Assembly (NCBI GenBank): GCA_963514005.1
Contig: OY740807.1
Span: 1,860,001-1,924,000, forward strand
Origin: Raja brachyura
Lineage: Eukaryota
Reading direction: 5' to 3'
Length of the DNA: 64,000 bases
This document shows positions 1-13,011 of this stretch, one piece after another (within the stretch, counting starts at the first letter, position 1; each line of letters begins with the position of its first letter). The notes beneath the pieces were generated by a model, which was not told the DNA's origin, made no database searches, and saw only the letters and a list, made by a program, of their open reading frames with translations. A program made the translations under genes and the position numbers.

Positions 1-959
1 CCTGTTGTAATGTTTGACAACAATCTGACATTGACCAGTGGCTCTGGCAGTACAGATTCCACCGAGGCTTCTACACTGAGGAATTCGGGTGCCTGGGGAT
101 TATGCGGCAGCGACGTGGAGAGAGTCACCCGTGATTGTAGCAAGTGAAGGAACAGGCCCATTGTTGCTCTTCTCTGATGTGACCTGGAATGAAGCATTGA
201 CTGAATTCCTTGGATCACCGTTATGTCCATCGGTGAGCGCGGAGTGTGCGAGTGAGGTGTCCGTGGATAGAGGCCATGAGCCCCTGATCCCCCCCCCCCC
301 CCCCCCCCCCGGGTCGTTGTGATATCCTAATATTTCCCTGCTGCTGATCCCAGTCCCCGCTCCTCCCGAATATTATATATTTATCACAGCTGGAAACCTC
401 GGCGATTTCTCCCTCCCGCAGCGAGCTCTTTCGCAATTATTATCTAATCAACTTACTATCAATTAAAATATTGAAGTTCGTCGCTTGAAAGAGCAATGAA
501 CTGCAATTAATGAAAATATTTTTTAAAGGCTACATTTCAGGTTCATCGTCTTCCGGAGATTGCAGTTTCTTAATGTTAAATCATTTTTCAAAATGCTCCC
601 CCACGACTCCCTCCTCCCTCACAGGGTCCCAGCGACCGCGACACCTGCACCGCTTCACAAACAACCAAAAACAGCATCGATTTGTATAACGGCAGCTAAA
701 TAAAGACCGCGCCAACACCGGCCGGGTCCCCGTGGGGAAATGACGAGAACGCAGCTGCATCAGCGCCGCTCAAACACACGGGCTGGCGCCTGGGCTGCTC
801 GGCCCATGGACCGTCGGCAATGTGGTGGTGACTGGACACAATGAGACTGATGGAGGGAGACATATTCCAGTTCATAATTCAACCGAGTTATCGATTTCAA
901 GTCCCAGCCCATCAGCTTCCACATCAATGCAATCCTTCTCAAAAACCTATGCTCTCTAA

Positions 960-1650
960 TACTTCATTTTCCCACCCCGGAATAAAGACTCTGCATTCAC
1001 ACTATCTATCCGCCTCATGATTATATAACTCTCTATAGGGTCACCCCTCAGCCTTTTGTGTTCCAAGGAATTTGGCCCTAACCTGCTCAACCTCTCCCTG
1101 TAACTCGGGCACTCCAGTTCTTCCAACACCCTTGTGACTCTCGATGCACCTTTTCCAGCTTAATTAACATGTTTCCAACATAAAAATGACCAAGTCTGGA
1201 CACGACTCACCTATTGTGGTCTCATCAACGTGTCTTGCAAATGTCAGATACTAACTTCTATACTTGACTGATGCAGGACAATGTTCCGAAAGCTTCCTTG
1301 ACCACCCAGTCTACTTGTGACAATACTGTTATGGAACCATGTACCTGTACTCCCTCTGCTCAACAACACTTCATATTTACCGGTTACACCAATTTTAAGG
1401 AATTGTGCTCTCCAACCACCCCCCACCACCCCCAACCCCCGGGCCTTCATTGTGAACCTCCTGCCCTAGATGGTCTTCCCAAAATGCAACGCATTGCAGT
1501 TATGTACATTGCGCTCCATTTGAAGTTCTTCAGAGCATTTGACAAGTTGATCAAGATCCTGTTTAAACCCCTGATAACCCCCTCAATGTCAGCATTACCA
1601 GCTATTTTGTGGCATCTGCAATGTGACTAATCATGCCTTATACATTCCTA
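960..1650 (-). mobile_element. Old, degenerate CR1-type LINE 3' fragment
   Basis: Recognisable antisense similarity to the CR1 RT/3' regions elsewhere in the window. No open frame. Confidence 0.65.
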
Positions 1651-2272
1651 TGCATATTTGACAACTCCGACACCGAGGCACGAGAGAACACAGAGTGTTT
1701 GGGACAAGCTTCTAACATACCCTAAACTGCAATAGGTTAAGAGAGACTATTTAATCAATCAAGACGACCCAAGCTGCTTTGTTGTTATCGGGAAATGCGG
1801 GTGCCAGGACACACGGGAAGGCACCCGAACAGTTTACCAAACGCTCCGGTCGAAATGTGGTCTCAAAGAGTATGTTACTGGAACACAGGGAGGTGCAGAG
1901 GTTAAGAAAACTCAAGGGCTCACGACTATCTCAGCCGAAGGCAGGAACGCTCATGGCGGCCGCGGTTAGATTTGGGACCCAATCATTGTGAATGAGGCGA
2001 AGCGGAGGTGTTGGTGCTTGTGGGGCTGCAGGAGGGAGGTTCCTGGGTCTGGGTCGGGGGTTCTGTGGAGGGCTGAGGACAATGGGTGCGGTACTCCCGA
2101 TAATTAACTGTAGGGAACTTCACTCATGATGATCGCATCATGATGTTCATCCATCGGTATAGAGATGGTGAAGGGGTGGTGGTGATTCACGGAGTTACGG
2201 TGAAAACCGAAACACAGTTGTCCAAGTGTAACGGCTCTTCTCAGAATAGACGACTGGCTCTCAGAACAACCC

Positions 2273-2485
2273 GTTCTCTGCCACAGAAGGTAGTTGAGGC
2301 CAGTTCATTGGCTATATTTATGAGGGCGTTAGATGTGGCACTTGTGGCTAAAGGGATCAGGGGATATGGAGAGAGGGCAGGTACGGGATACTGAGTTGGA
2401 TGATCAGCCATGATAACATTGAATGGCGGTGCAGGCTCGAAGGGCCGAATGGCCTACTCCTGCACCTATTTTCTATGTTTCTATG
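2273..2485 (+). mobile_element. CR1/HER1-type LINE 3' end
   Basis: SLPQKVVEASSLAIF...GTGY* followed by a tttctatg tail. Near-identical to 63460-63680. Confidence 0.9.
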
Positions 2486-2531
2486 TACAAGAGCTGTCGT
2501 AATCCACCCGTTTTAATGATATATCTTGATC

Positions 2532-2827
2532 AGTTTAGATTCGTTCAGTTTAGAGATAAAGCGCAGCAACAAGCCCTTCGGCCCATTGGGTCCGCGCCGA
2601 CCAGCGATCTCCACTATCCTACACCCACTAGGGACAATTTTTACATTTACCAAGCCAATTAACCTACAAACATTTACGTCTTTGGAGTGTGGGGGGATAC
2701 CGAAGCTCTCGGAGAAAACCAATGCAGGTCACGGGGAGAACATACAAACTCCGTACAGACAGAACCCGTAGTCGGGATCGATCCCGGGTCTCCGGCAGGA
2801 ACTCTGCCGCTGCTACACCGTGAGTCC
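2532..2827 (-). mobile_element. tRNA-derived HE1-like SINE
   Basis: Minus strand has a B box (GGTTCGATCC-like), the central tctgtacggagtttgta domain, a CR1-derived 3' end and a ctaaa tail. Confidence 0.8.
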
Positions 2828-3139
2828 GTGGGCTGAGGACAATGGATGCGGTGCTCCCGCGCTCTTTTAGTGAGGAGGAACTTATTTCGTCATTTGTGGA
2901 ACTCCTTGCCACCGAGGGCTGTGGAGTCCATGTCCAGTGGGCATTTTTAAGGCAGAGGTTGACACATTTTAATTAGAATGGGTGTCAATGGTTATGGGGA
3001 AAAGGCAGGAAATGGGATTAGTAGGCAGACATCAGACTGGATTAAATGGCGGATTAGACTCGATGGGCCCAATGCCTTAAATTTATTCTGATAATTCATC
3101 TCCTTAATTCCAGCCCACGGGTGTGTAACATGAATATAT

Positions 3140-4590
3140 TCCAAGGTCTCTGCACCTGTGGATTGGAAGATAGCTACTGTTATCCCACTTTTTAAGAAGA
3201 GGGAGAGAGAAAACAGGACATTATAGAGCAGTTAGCCTGGCATCAGTGGTGGGGAAGATGCTGGAGTCAATGAATAAAGATGTAATAGCGGCGCATTTGG
3301 ATAGCAGTAACAGGATCGGTCCAAGTCACCATGGATTGATGAAGGGGAAATCTTGCTTGTGTAATTTTCTAGAATTTTTTCAGGATGTATCAAGAAATAT
3401 GGATAAGGGAGAGCCGGTGGATGTAGTGTATCTGGACTTTCGGAAAGGCTTTGACAGGGTCCTACACAGGAGATTAGTGGGCACAATTAGAACATAAGGT
3501 ATTGGGGGTAGGGTATTGACATGGAAAGAAAATTGGTTGGCAGACAGGAAACAAAGAGTAGGAATTAACGTGTCCCTTTCAGAATGACACGCAGTGAATA
3601 GAGGGGTGCCGCAAGGCTCTGTGCTGGGACCGCAGCTATTTGCAATATGTATAAATGAGTTAGATGAAGGAATTAAAAGTAACATTAGCAAATGTGCAGA
3701 TATCACAAAGCTGGGTGGCAGTGTGAACTGTGAAGAGGATGCTATGAGGATGCAGGGTGACTTGGATAGGTTGGGTGAGTGGACAGATGCAGTATAATGT
3801 GGATAAATGTGTGTTTATACACTTTGGTGGCAAGAACAAGAAGGCAGATTACCATCTGAATGTCGTCAGAATGTTGCAGGATAAGGGGAAGTGCAACGAG
3901 ACCTGGATGTCCTTGTACACCAGTCACTGAAAGTAAGCATGCAGACACATCAGGCAGTGAAGAACGCTAATGGCATGTTGGCCTACATAACGAGAGGTTT
4001 TGAGTATAGGAGCAAAGAGGTCCTCCTGCAGTTGTACAGGGCCCCTGTGAGACCACCCCTGGAGTATTGCGTGCAGTTTTGGTCTCCTAAATTGAGGAAT
4101 GCCATTCTTCCTAGTGAGTGCAGCGTAGGTTCACGAGGTTAATTCCCGGGATGGCGGGACTGTCATATGATGAAAGAATTGGACGACTGGGCTTGTATTT
4201 ACTGGAGTTTAGAAGGATGAGAGAGGATCTTATAAAAACATATACAATTATTAAGGGATTGGACAAGCTAGATGCAGAGAACATGTTCCCGATGTTGGGG
4301 GAGTCCAGAACCAGGGGCCACAGTTTAAGAATATGCGGTAGGTCATTTACACCGGAGATGAGGAAAAACGTTTTCACCCTGAGTGTTGCGAATTTGTGGA
4401 ATTCTCTGCCTCAAAAGGCAGTGGAGGCCGATTCACTGGATACATTGAAAATAGATTTATATAGGGCTCTTAGGTTTAACGGAATCAAGGGATATGGGGA
4501 GATGGGGAGAGAATGGGGAGAAGGCAGGAACGGGGTACTGAATATGGATGATCAGCCATGATCCCATTGAATGGCGGTGCTGGCTCGAAT
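3140..4590 (+). mobile_element. CR1-type LINE RT to 3' end, frameshifted
   Basis: ORF pieces 3246, 3594, 3891 and 4118 with [15 protein letters not shown] and CVQFWSP motifs. Confidence 0.92.
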
Positions 4591-4613
4591 TGCTTGGTTT
4601 ATACAATACATAT

Positions 4614-4898
4614 TTTAGTTAGTTTTCTTTAGAGACACGTCCCTTCGGCCCAGAGAGTCCGCACCGACCAGTGACCTCCGCACACTTACACTATCCTACA
4701 CACACTGGGGACAATTTACATTTATACCAAACCAATTAACCTACAAATCTCTATGCTTTTGGATTATGGGAGGAAACAAAAGATCGAGAGGAAAACCTAC
4801 GCAGCTCGTGGGGAGAACGTACTAATTCCGTACAGACAAGTATCCGTAGTCAGGATCGAACCCGGGTCTCTGGCAGTAGCTCAACTGCCACGCCACCC
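4614..4898 (-). mobile_element. HE1-like SINE
   Basis: Same family as 2532-2827. Confidence 0.8.
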
Positions 4899-4923
4899 CT
4901 GGATTGAATGGATTTTAGATATA

Positions 4924-7900
4924 CAGTGGCTTGCAAAAGTTTTCATACGCCTTGAACTTTTCCACATTTTGTCACGTTACAACCACAAACGTAAACGTAT
5001 TTTATTGGGATTTTATGTGATAGACCAACACAAAGTGGTGCATAATTGTGAAGTGGAAGGAAAATGATACATGGTTTCCAAATTTTATTACAAATATAAA
5101 ACTGAAAGTGTGGTGTGCAAAAGTATTCTGCCCCCCTGAGTCAATACTTTGTAGAGCCACCTTTCGCTGCAATTAGAGCTGCAAGTCTTTTGGGGGGTAT
5201 GTCTCTACCAGCTTTGCACATCTAGAGACTGAAATTTTTGCCCATTCTTCTTTGCAAAATAGCTCAAGCTATTGGATGGAGAGCGTCTGTGAACAGCAAT
5301 TTTCAAGTCTAGCCAGAGATTCTCAATTGGATTTAGGTCTGGACTTTGACTGGGCCATTCGAACACATGAATATGCTTTGATCTAAACCTTTCCATTGTA
5401 GCTCCGGCTGTATGTTTAGGGTCGTTGTCCTGCTGGAAGGTGAACCTCCGCCCCAGTCTCAAGTCTTTTGCAGACTCCAACAGGTTTTCTTCCAAGATTG
5501 CCCTGTAACCATGTAACCATATAACCATATAACAATTACAGCACGGAAACAGGCCCTCTCGGCCCTTCCAGTCCGTGCCGAACATTTATTTTCCCCTAGT
5601 CCCATCTACCTGCACTCAGACCATACCCCTCTATTCCCTTCCCGTCCATATACCTATCCACTTTACTTTTAAATGTTAAAATCGATCCTGCCTCCACCAT
5701 TTCTGCTGGAAGATCATTCCACACAGCCACCACTCTCTGAGTAAAGAAGTTCCCCCTCATGTTACCCCTAAACTTCTGTCCCTTCATTCTCATGTCATGC
5801 CCTCTTGTTTGAATCTTCCCTACCCTCAGTGGGAAAAGCTTATCCACGTCAACTGTCTATCCCTTTAATCATTTTAAAGACCTCAATCAAGTCCCCACTT
5901 AACCTTCTGCGCTCCAAAGAATAAAGACCTAACTTGTTCAACCTTTCTCTGTAATTTAGTTGCTGGAACCCAGGCAACATTCTAGTAAATCTCCTCTGTA
6001 CTTTCTCTATTTTGTTGACATCCTTCCTATAATTAGGCGACCAAAATTGTACACCATATTCCAGAATTGGTCTCACCAATGCCTTGTACAATTTTAACAT
6101 TACTTCCCTACTCCGATATTCAATGCTCTGATTTATAAAGGCCAGCACACTAAAAGCTTTCTTTACCACCCTATCTACATGCGATTCCACCTTCAGGGAA
6201 CTATGCACAGTTATTCCTAGATCCCTCTGTTCCACAGCATTCCTTAATTCCCTACCATTTACCATGTACGTCCTATTTTGATTTGTCCTGCCAAGATGTA
6301 GCACCTCACACTTATCAGCTTTAAACTGCATCTGCCATCTTTCAGCCCACTCTTCCAAATGGCCCAAATCTCTCTGTAGACTTTGAAAATCTACTTCATT
6401 ATCCACAACACCACCTATCTTAGTATCATCTGCATACTTACTTATCCAATTTTCCACCCCATTATCCAGATCATTGATGTACATTACAAACAACAGTGAA
6501 CCCAACACAGATCCCCGAGGCACCTCAATGTTCACCGGCTTCCAACCTGACAAACAGCCATCCACCATTACTCTCTGGCATCTCCCATTCAGCCAATGTT
6601 GAATCCATCTTGCTACTCCGCCATTAACAGCCCAAGATTGAACCTGCATAACCAACCTTCCATGAGGAAACTTGTCAAAGGCCTTACTGAAATCCATATA
6701 GACAACATCCAATGCTTTACCCTCATCAATTTCCCTAGTAACCTCTTCAAAAAATTCAAGAAGTTTTGTCAAACATGACCTTCCAGGCACAAATCCATGT
6801 TGACTGTTCCTGATCAGACCCTGTTTATCCAGATGCTTATATATATTATCTCTAAGTATCCTTTACATTAGGTTGCCCACCACTGACGTCAAACTAACAG
6901 GTCTATAATTGCTAGGTTTATTCTTTGAACCCTTTTTAAACAATGGAACAACATGCGCAGTACGCCAATCCTCCGGCACTATTCCCATTTCTAATGACAT
7001 TTGAAATATTTCTGTCATAGCCCCTGCTATTTCTACACTGACTTCCCTCAATGTCCTAGGGAATATCCTGTCAGGACCTGGAGACTTATCCACTTTTATA
7101 TTTTTCAAAAGTGTCAGTACTTCCTCCTCTTTGAATCTCATAGTTTCCATAGCTACTCTACTTTTTTCCCGTACCTCACAGAGTTCAATATCCTTCTCCT
7201 TGGTGAATACCAAAGAAAAGAAATTGTTTAATATCTCCCCCATCTCTTTTGGCTCTGTAGATAGCTGTGCATTCTGGCTCTCTAATGGTCCAATTTTATC
7301 CCTCGTTATCCTTTTGCTAATTATATAGCTGTAGAAACCCTTTGGATTTACTTTCAACTTTCTTGCCAAAGCAACCTCTTAGCTTTTCTAATTTCTTTCT
7401 TAAGATTCTTTTTATACTCTTTATGCTCCTCTAGCACCTCATTTAGTCCATGCCTCCTATAATAATTGTAGATATCTCTCTTTTTCGAACCAAGTGTCCA
7501 ATTTCCCTTGAAAACCATGGCTCTTTCCAATTTTTACTATTTCCTTTCAACCGAACAGGGACATAAAGATTCTGTACTCTTACAATTTCCCCTTTAAATG
7601 TCCTCCATTTCTCTTCTACATCCTTCCCATAAAACAAAATGTCCCAATTCACTCCTTTTAAATCATTATGCATTCCCTCAAAGTTAGCCTTTCTCCAATC
7701 AAAAATCTCAACCCTAGGTACAGTTCTGACTCTTTCCATAATTATATTGAAACTAATGGTATTGTAATCACTGGTCCCAAAGTGCTCACCAACGCATACC
7801 TCTGTCACCTGACCTGCCTCATTTCCTAACAGGAGGTCCAGCACTGCCCCTTCTCTGGTCGATACCTCTATGTATTGCTGCAAAAAACTATCCTGCACAC

Positions 7901-9291
7901 ATTTTACAAACTCCAAACCATCCAGCCCATTTACAGAATGTGTTTCCCAGTCTATTTTTGGAAAATTGAAATCTCCCACAATCACTACCTCGTGCTTACT
8001 ACTAATATCTGCTATCTCCTTACATATTTGATCTTCCAATTCTCGCTCCCCATTTGGCGGTCTATAATACACCCCTAAAAGTGTTGCTACACCGTTCCCA
8101 CTTCTCAGTTCCACCCAAATAGCCTCCCTAGACGAGCCCTCGAATCTATCCTGCCAAATCACTGCTGTAATATCTTCTCTGACAAGCAATGCAAAACCTC
8201 CACCTCGGGTCCCTCCAATTCTATCACATCTGAAGCAACGAAAATTGAAGTTTTTGGCCTAAATGCAAAACGCTGTGTGTGGCAGAAAACGAACACTGCA
8301 CATCACCCATATGTATTTGGCTCCATCCATCTTCCCATCAACTCTGACCAGCTTCCCTGTCCCTGCTGAAGAAAAGCATCCCCACAGCATTATGCTGACT
8401 CCACCATGTTTTACAGTGGGGATGGTGTGTTCAGGGTGATGTGCAGTGCTCGTTTTCTGTCACACATGGCGTTTTGCACCATCCTCCACATGTTTGCTGT
8501 GTCCTCCACATGGCCTGTGGCAAACTGCAAACAGGACTTCTTATGGCTTTGTTTCAACAATGGCTTTCTTCTTTCCACTCTTCCATAAAGGCCCGATTTG
8601 TGGAGTGCACGACTAATAGTTGTCCTGTGGACAGATTCTCCCACCTGAGTTGTGGATCTTTGTAGCTCCTCCAGAGTTAACATGGGCCACTTGGCTGCTT
8701 CTCTGATCAATGCTCTCCTTGCCCGGCCTGTCAGTTTAGGAGGACGGCCATGTCTTGGTAGGTTTGCAGTTGTGCATGCTCTTTCCATTTTCGGATGATG
8801 GATTGAACAGTGCTCCGTGCGATGTTCAAAGCTTGGGATTTTTTTTCAAACCTCACCCTGCTTTAAACTTCTCCACAACTTTATCCCTGACCTATCTGGT
8901 GTGTTCCTTGGGCTTCGTGATGCTGTTTGTTCACTAATGTTCTCTAACAACCCTCTGAGGCCTTCACAGAACAGCTGTATTTATACTGAGATTAGATTAC
9001 ACACAAGTGGACTCTATTTACTCGTGACTTCTGAAGGCAATTGGTTGCGCTGGATTTTATTTAGGGGTATCAGTGCAATGGGGGCTGAATACTTTTGCAT
9101 GCCACACATTTCAGTTTTTTATTTGTACAAAAATTTGAAAACCATTTTTAATTTTCCTTCCACTTCACAATTATGCGCCACTTTGTGTTGGTCTATCACA
9201 TAAAATCCCAATAAAATACATTTACGTTTGTGGATGTAACGTGACAAAATGTGGAAAAGTAAAGGGGTATGAAAACTTTTGCAAGCCACTG
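4924..9291 (-). mobile_element. Tc1-family DNA transposon with long TIRs, interrupted by a CR1
   Basis: TA|cagtggcttgcaaaagtt at 4922-4941 and aacttttgcaagccactg|TA at 9274-9293. Inverted repeats ~210 bp. Transposase N-part GRPPKL (8411-8788) and C-part FQQDNDPKH...[15 protein letters not shown] (5205-5504). Confidence 0.95.
5505..8240 (-). mobile_element. CR1-type LINE (EN + RT, 5'-truncated, frameshifted) nested in the Tc1
   Basis: ORFs 7443-8189 (GVYYRPP, GDFN), 6863-7369 and 5849-6790 (YADD). (ggttatat)n tail at 5505-5535. Confidence 0.95.
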
Positions 9292-9544
9292 TATTGTTGG
9301 ACGTGAAGGGAATTGATGCTCTGGGTTTCGTGCGGGAGGGTAGCACTCGGGTGAATGATCAGCCACCTTCACGTTGAACAAGGGCGAGCCGAGGCGCAAG
9401 CTCGGGGGAGTTGACCCCTCACCCACGTGGTTGCATCCCAACACACTGCTGATTCCTGGATCGTCTTCGGCCTAACCCGAAACAAATCTCTCGCCATATC
9501 ACCCTAGGCCTTTGGCCCTGGGATCGGGTAACATTCGTCACAGA

Positions 9545-9764
9545 GTAATTGAGTCACACAGCACAGTAACAGGCGCTTCGACCTAGCTGTGCCAACCACG
9601 ATGCCCCTTCTCCACTCGTCCCACCTACCTGCGTTGGGCCCAAATCTATCCGAAACTTTCCTATCCATGTACCTGTACAAATATATTTGAAATTCTACTC
9701 TCGTTCTGCCTCAACTATCTCCTCTGGCAGCGCGTTCCATAAACCCACCACTCTCTGTGTGAAA
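9545..9764 (-). mobile_element. CR1-type 3' tail fragment
   Basis: Antisense similarity to CR1 3' ends. Confidence 0.65.
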
Positions 9765-10319
9765 TATGATTGGCACATCTTGATTTAATTAATCCGGTTT
9801 AATTTATGGCCAATGGTCAGCTCTGGATGTTGATGGCGGTGGATTCTGTAGTGCTGTGTCATTGGGTATCACAGCTTGGTGGACAGACTCTTTGTTCAAA
9901 GAGGCGATTAATGGCACATGAACAGTAAATGGTTGTTCTGTGATCCTGCTGGATATATATTATATATTATATGGGAAGAATCCATTATATGGGAAGAATC
10001 GGATACAATTATGACTTTCGAAATATATGTATTTGAACAGCTATGTGGATTGAAAGGATTTAGAATGATGAGGGCTAAATGCATGCACTGGGACTCGCTG
10101 GCATGCGTTGACAAGGTGGGCCGAAGGGCTAGGGTTTCGCTGCTCTACAACTCGATATGGAAAGTACAATGAATACAACTGCCATGTGATCCCAGAATGG
10201 GCTGGTGGGATGGGAATGGTGAAAGTGCTGTAGATGTTGGGCAGTGCTCGCTATTTTGGGGAACTATGTGGATTGAACGGATTCAGAAAGAGGAATCCAG
10301 GCGTCACATCTCACAACAT

Positions 10320-10998
10320 ACTTGGTGCACCCTTGAAGTATCTTGGCATCAAATTGCGAATGATCTACGTTGGAATGGTCAGACTCATCATGTAACAGTG
10401 AAAGCATCAGGTGTCCTAAACTTCCAGAGGTGCAACTTCCATCATTATTCAGCTTCTGTCAAGGAGAAGTTGTATTTCACCCTCGTTAGACCTCATCTGG
10501 ACTATGCAGTTGCAGCTTGGGACCCATACACAGATAAAAACATTTCATCCATCGAACGTGTCCAAAGACAGGCCGCTTGATTTGTTACTAACACCTACGA
10601 GAGAGAAGTGAGTGTCACCAAACTTCTGAATTCTCTGGGGTGCAACCCTCTCCAAGACAGACGTGAAGCTCACCGTTTGACCTGTTTTTGCAAAATGTTA
10701 AATGGTCAGCTAGACATAGATCACAAGACCCCAAACCAATTAGGAGCAGACGAGGGCATTCGATCCAATTTGTGGTCCCAGCCTCAAAGACGGACGTATA
10801 CTGACATTAGTTCTTTCCACACACTATTAAAGCATGGAATAATCTCCACCAAGCCACGGTTGCCCAACCAGATGCAACTAAATTTAAAGTGGCACTTTCT
10901 TCCCAATAACCCTCTCTGGCTAAACCCCTCCCTTCACCACCTCCAGTTTAAATTCAAGTTGGAATATTTCGGAGGACCAAGTAACCAAGAACCAAGAA
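10320..10998 (+). mobile_element. Divergent CR1-group LINE 3' fragment (distinct family)
   Basis: KLYFTLVRPHLDYAVAAWDPY...IERVQRQAA and SVTKLL..LG...LQDRR motifs. Ends in an (accaaga)n tail. Confidence 0.8.
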
Positions 10999-11187
10999 CT
11001 CCTGCAGTGATGTACTGGGGCTGTGTGGATTAGCTTCCAAAAAACATTGAACAGGCCGATGCCTGGATTGTCAACTACAGTAAGAAATTTGAGCTACTTG
11101 GTTGCATTCTCTGAAACGCTGGGAGTTGCGGGGAATCCTAATGGACGTATATAAAGTTATGGGGCACAAATAAGATCAACAATCAGA

Positions 11188-12015
11188 ACATAAAACATAG
11201 AAACATAGAAAATATTTGCAGGAGGAGGCCTTTCGGCCCTTTGAGCCGGCACTGCCATTCGTTGTGATCATGGCTGATCGGCCCCTATCAATAACCCGTG
11301 CCTGCCTTCTCCCCATATCCCTTGATTCCACTAGCCCATAGAGCTCTATCTGACTCTCTTCTAAATCCATCCAGTGAAATGGCCTCCACTCCCTCTGGGG
11401 CAGAGAATTCCATAAATTCACAACTGACTGGGTGAAAACGTTTTTTCTCACCTCAGTCTTAAATGACCTACCCTTTATTCTAAGACTGTGGCCCCTGGTT
11501 CTGGATTCGCCCAACATTGGGAACATTTTTTCTTGCATCTAGCTTGTTCACTCCTTTTATAATTTTATATGTTTCTATAAGACCCCCCCTCATCCTTCTA
11601 AACTCCAGTGAATACAAGCCTGGTCTTTTCAATCTTTCCTCATATGACAGTCCCGCCATCCCAGGGATCAATCTTGTGGACCTACGCTGCTCTGCCTCAA
11701 TCACAAGGACGTCCTTCCTCAAATTAGGAGACAAAAATTGAACACAATACTCCAGATGTGGTCTCACCGCTATACAGCTGCAGAAGAACCTCTTTACTCC
11801 TATACTGAAATCCTTTTGTTATGAAGGCTAACATTCCATTAGCTTTCTTCACTGCCTGCTGTATCTGTAAGCCAACTTTCAGTGACTGGTGTACAAGGAC
11901 ACTCAGGTCTCGCTGTACCTCCCCCTTACCTAACCTAATCTCAGTGAGATAATAATAAAATGCCCCCTTGTTTTTGCCGCTAAAGTGGATAACCTCACAT
12001 TTATCAATATTATAC
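11188..12015 (-). mobile_element. CR1-type LINE 3' fragment
   Basis: ORFs 11724-12029, 11480-11767 and 11176-11538. (catagaaa)n tail. Confidence 0.9.
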
Positions 12016-13011
12016 GGTAGTGTACCCAAGTCAAATTGTATTATACTGTATTGTACTGTATTGTACCCAAGTCAAATACTAGAGGGTACATTTTTAAACG
12101 TGAGAGTGGCAAAGTATGAATCAAATGTGTGGGGCAGGGGTTTTACACAGAGGTTGGTGGATGCCTGGATCACGCTGCCGGGTGCGGTGGTTTAGACAGT
12201 GGCGTTTAAGAGACATTTGCATATCCGAGGAAATGTGGGATATGGATTATGTGCATGGAGAGGAGCTTTTGCCTTAGCGACTGGTCTGGCAGGCCGAAGG
12301 GTCTGTTCATGTGCTGTACTGATGTTTCTTCAATGTCCTAATAATCTTAGTTTGCGCAAAGCCTGACCCAACTGTTTGAGGCGAATCGCGATTCTCCAGG
12401 TTCGCGTTCCGGCTGCTCTTGGGAAACGGTCGCCAGTCAATTGGGTGTTATGCATTTTGGGGATTAGTTTTATTCTATATTTAAACAGGCAAAGTACAGA
12501 TGCGTCTGGTTTCCTGCAAGGTTTTCCCAATCCCAGATCTGAACCTGTTCATTGATGAGACAGTTTCGCTGCGGGCAGAGAGTGTTTGCGCGGGGTTGAT
12601 CAATATGATGCGGAGCAACTTTGATCTCATCGACCGGTGGGATAGAAGCGATGGACTGAATGGCCCGCCGGCTCAGACCACAATAGCCAATCCGAATGTC
12701 TGAAACCATTCTACCCTGATATTAATAAAATCTTCACCAGCCTGAAGCTGAAGCCGGAGATTAAACCTGTAGTTGAAGATTCAGAATTTGACGATTGGTT
12801 TATATTTAATCGCGGATACGAAATTTAGCGGTAAGAGACTTGTGCATTGCGGGCCGAAGGGCCTATTTCTGTGCTGCATTGTACTATGTTCTATGTCCAA
12901 CCAAAGATGAAACATTTTTAGGCTAGAGGTTGCTGTTTTGTTTTGTGTTTACTTGTATGTTTTTATAATCATATAATCATATAACAATTAGAGCACGGAA
13001 ACAGGCCTTAT

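Noticed and set aside
2066-2860. ~32-bp direct repeat gggctgaggacaatgg.tgcggt.ctcccg at ~2070 and ~2829
   Set aside because: Short, diverged local duplication. Too long and imperfect to call a TSD, and no function is evident.
9545-9764. Missing tail of the CR1 ending at 34982, implying a 25-kb inversion
   Set aside because: The breakpoints are roughly complementary, but short CR1 tails are common and the reciprocal junction sequence is absent at 9765.
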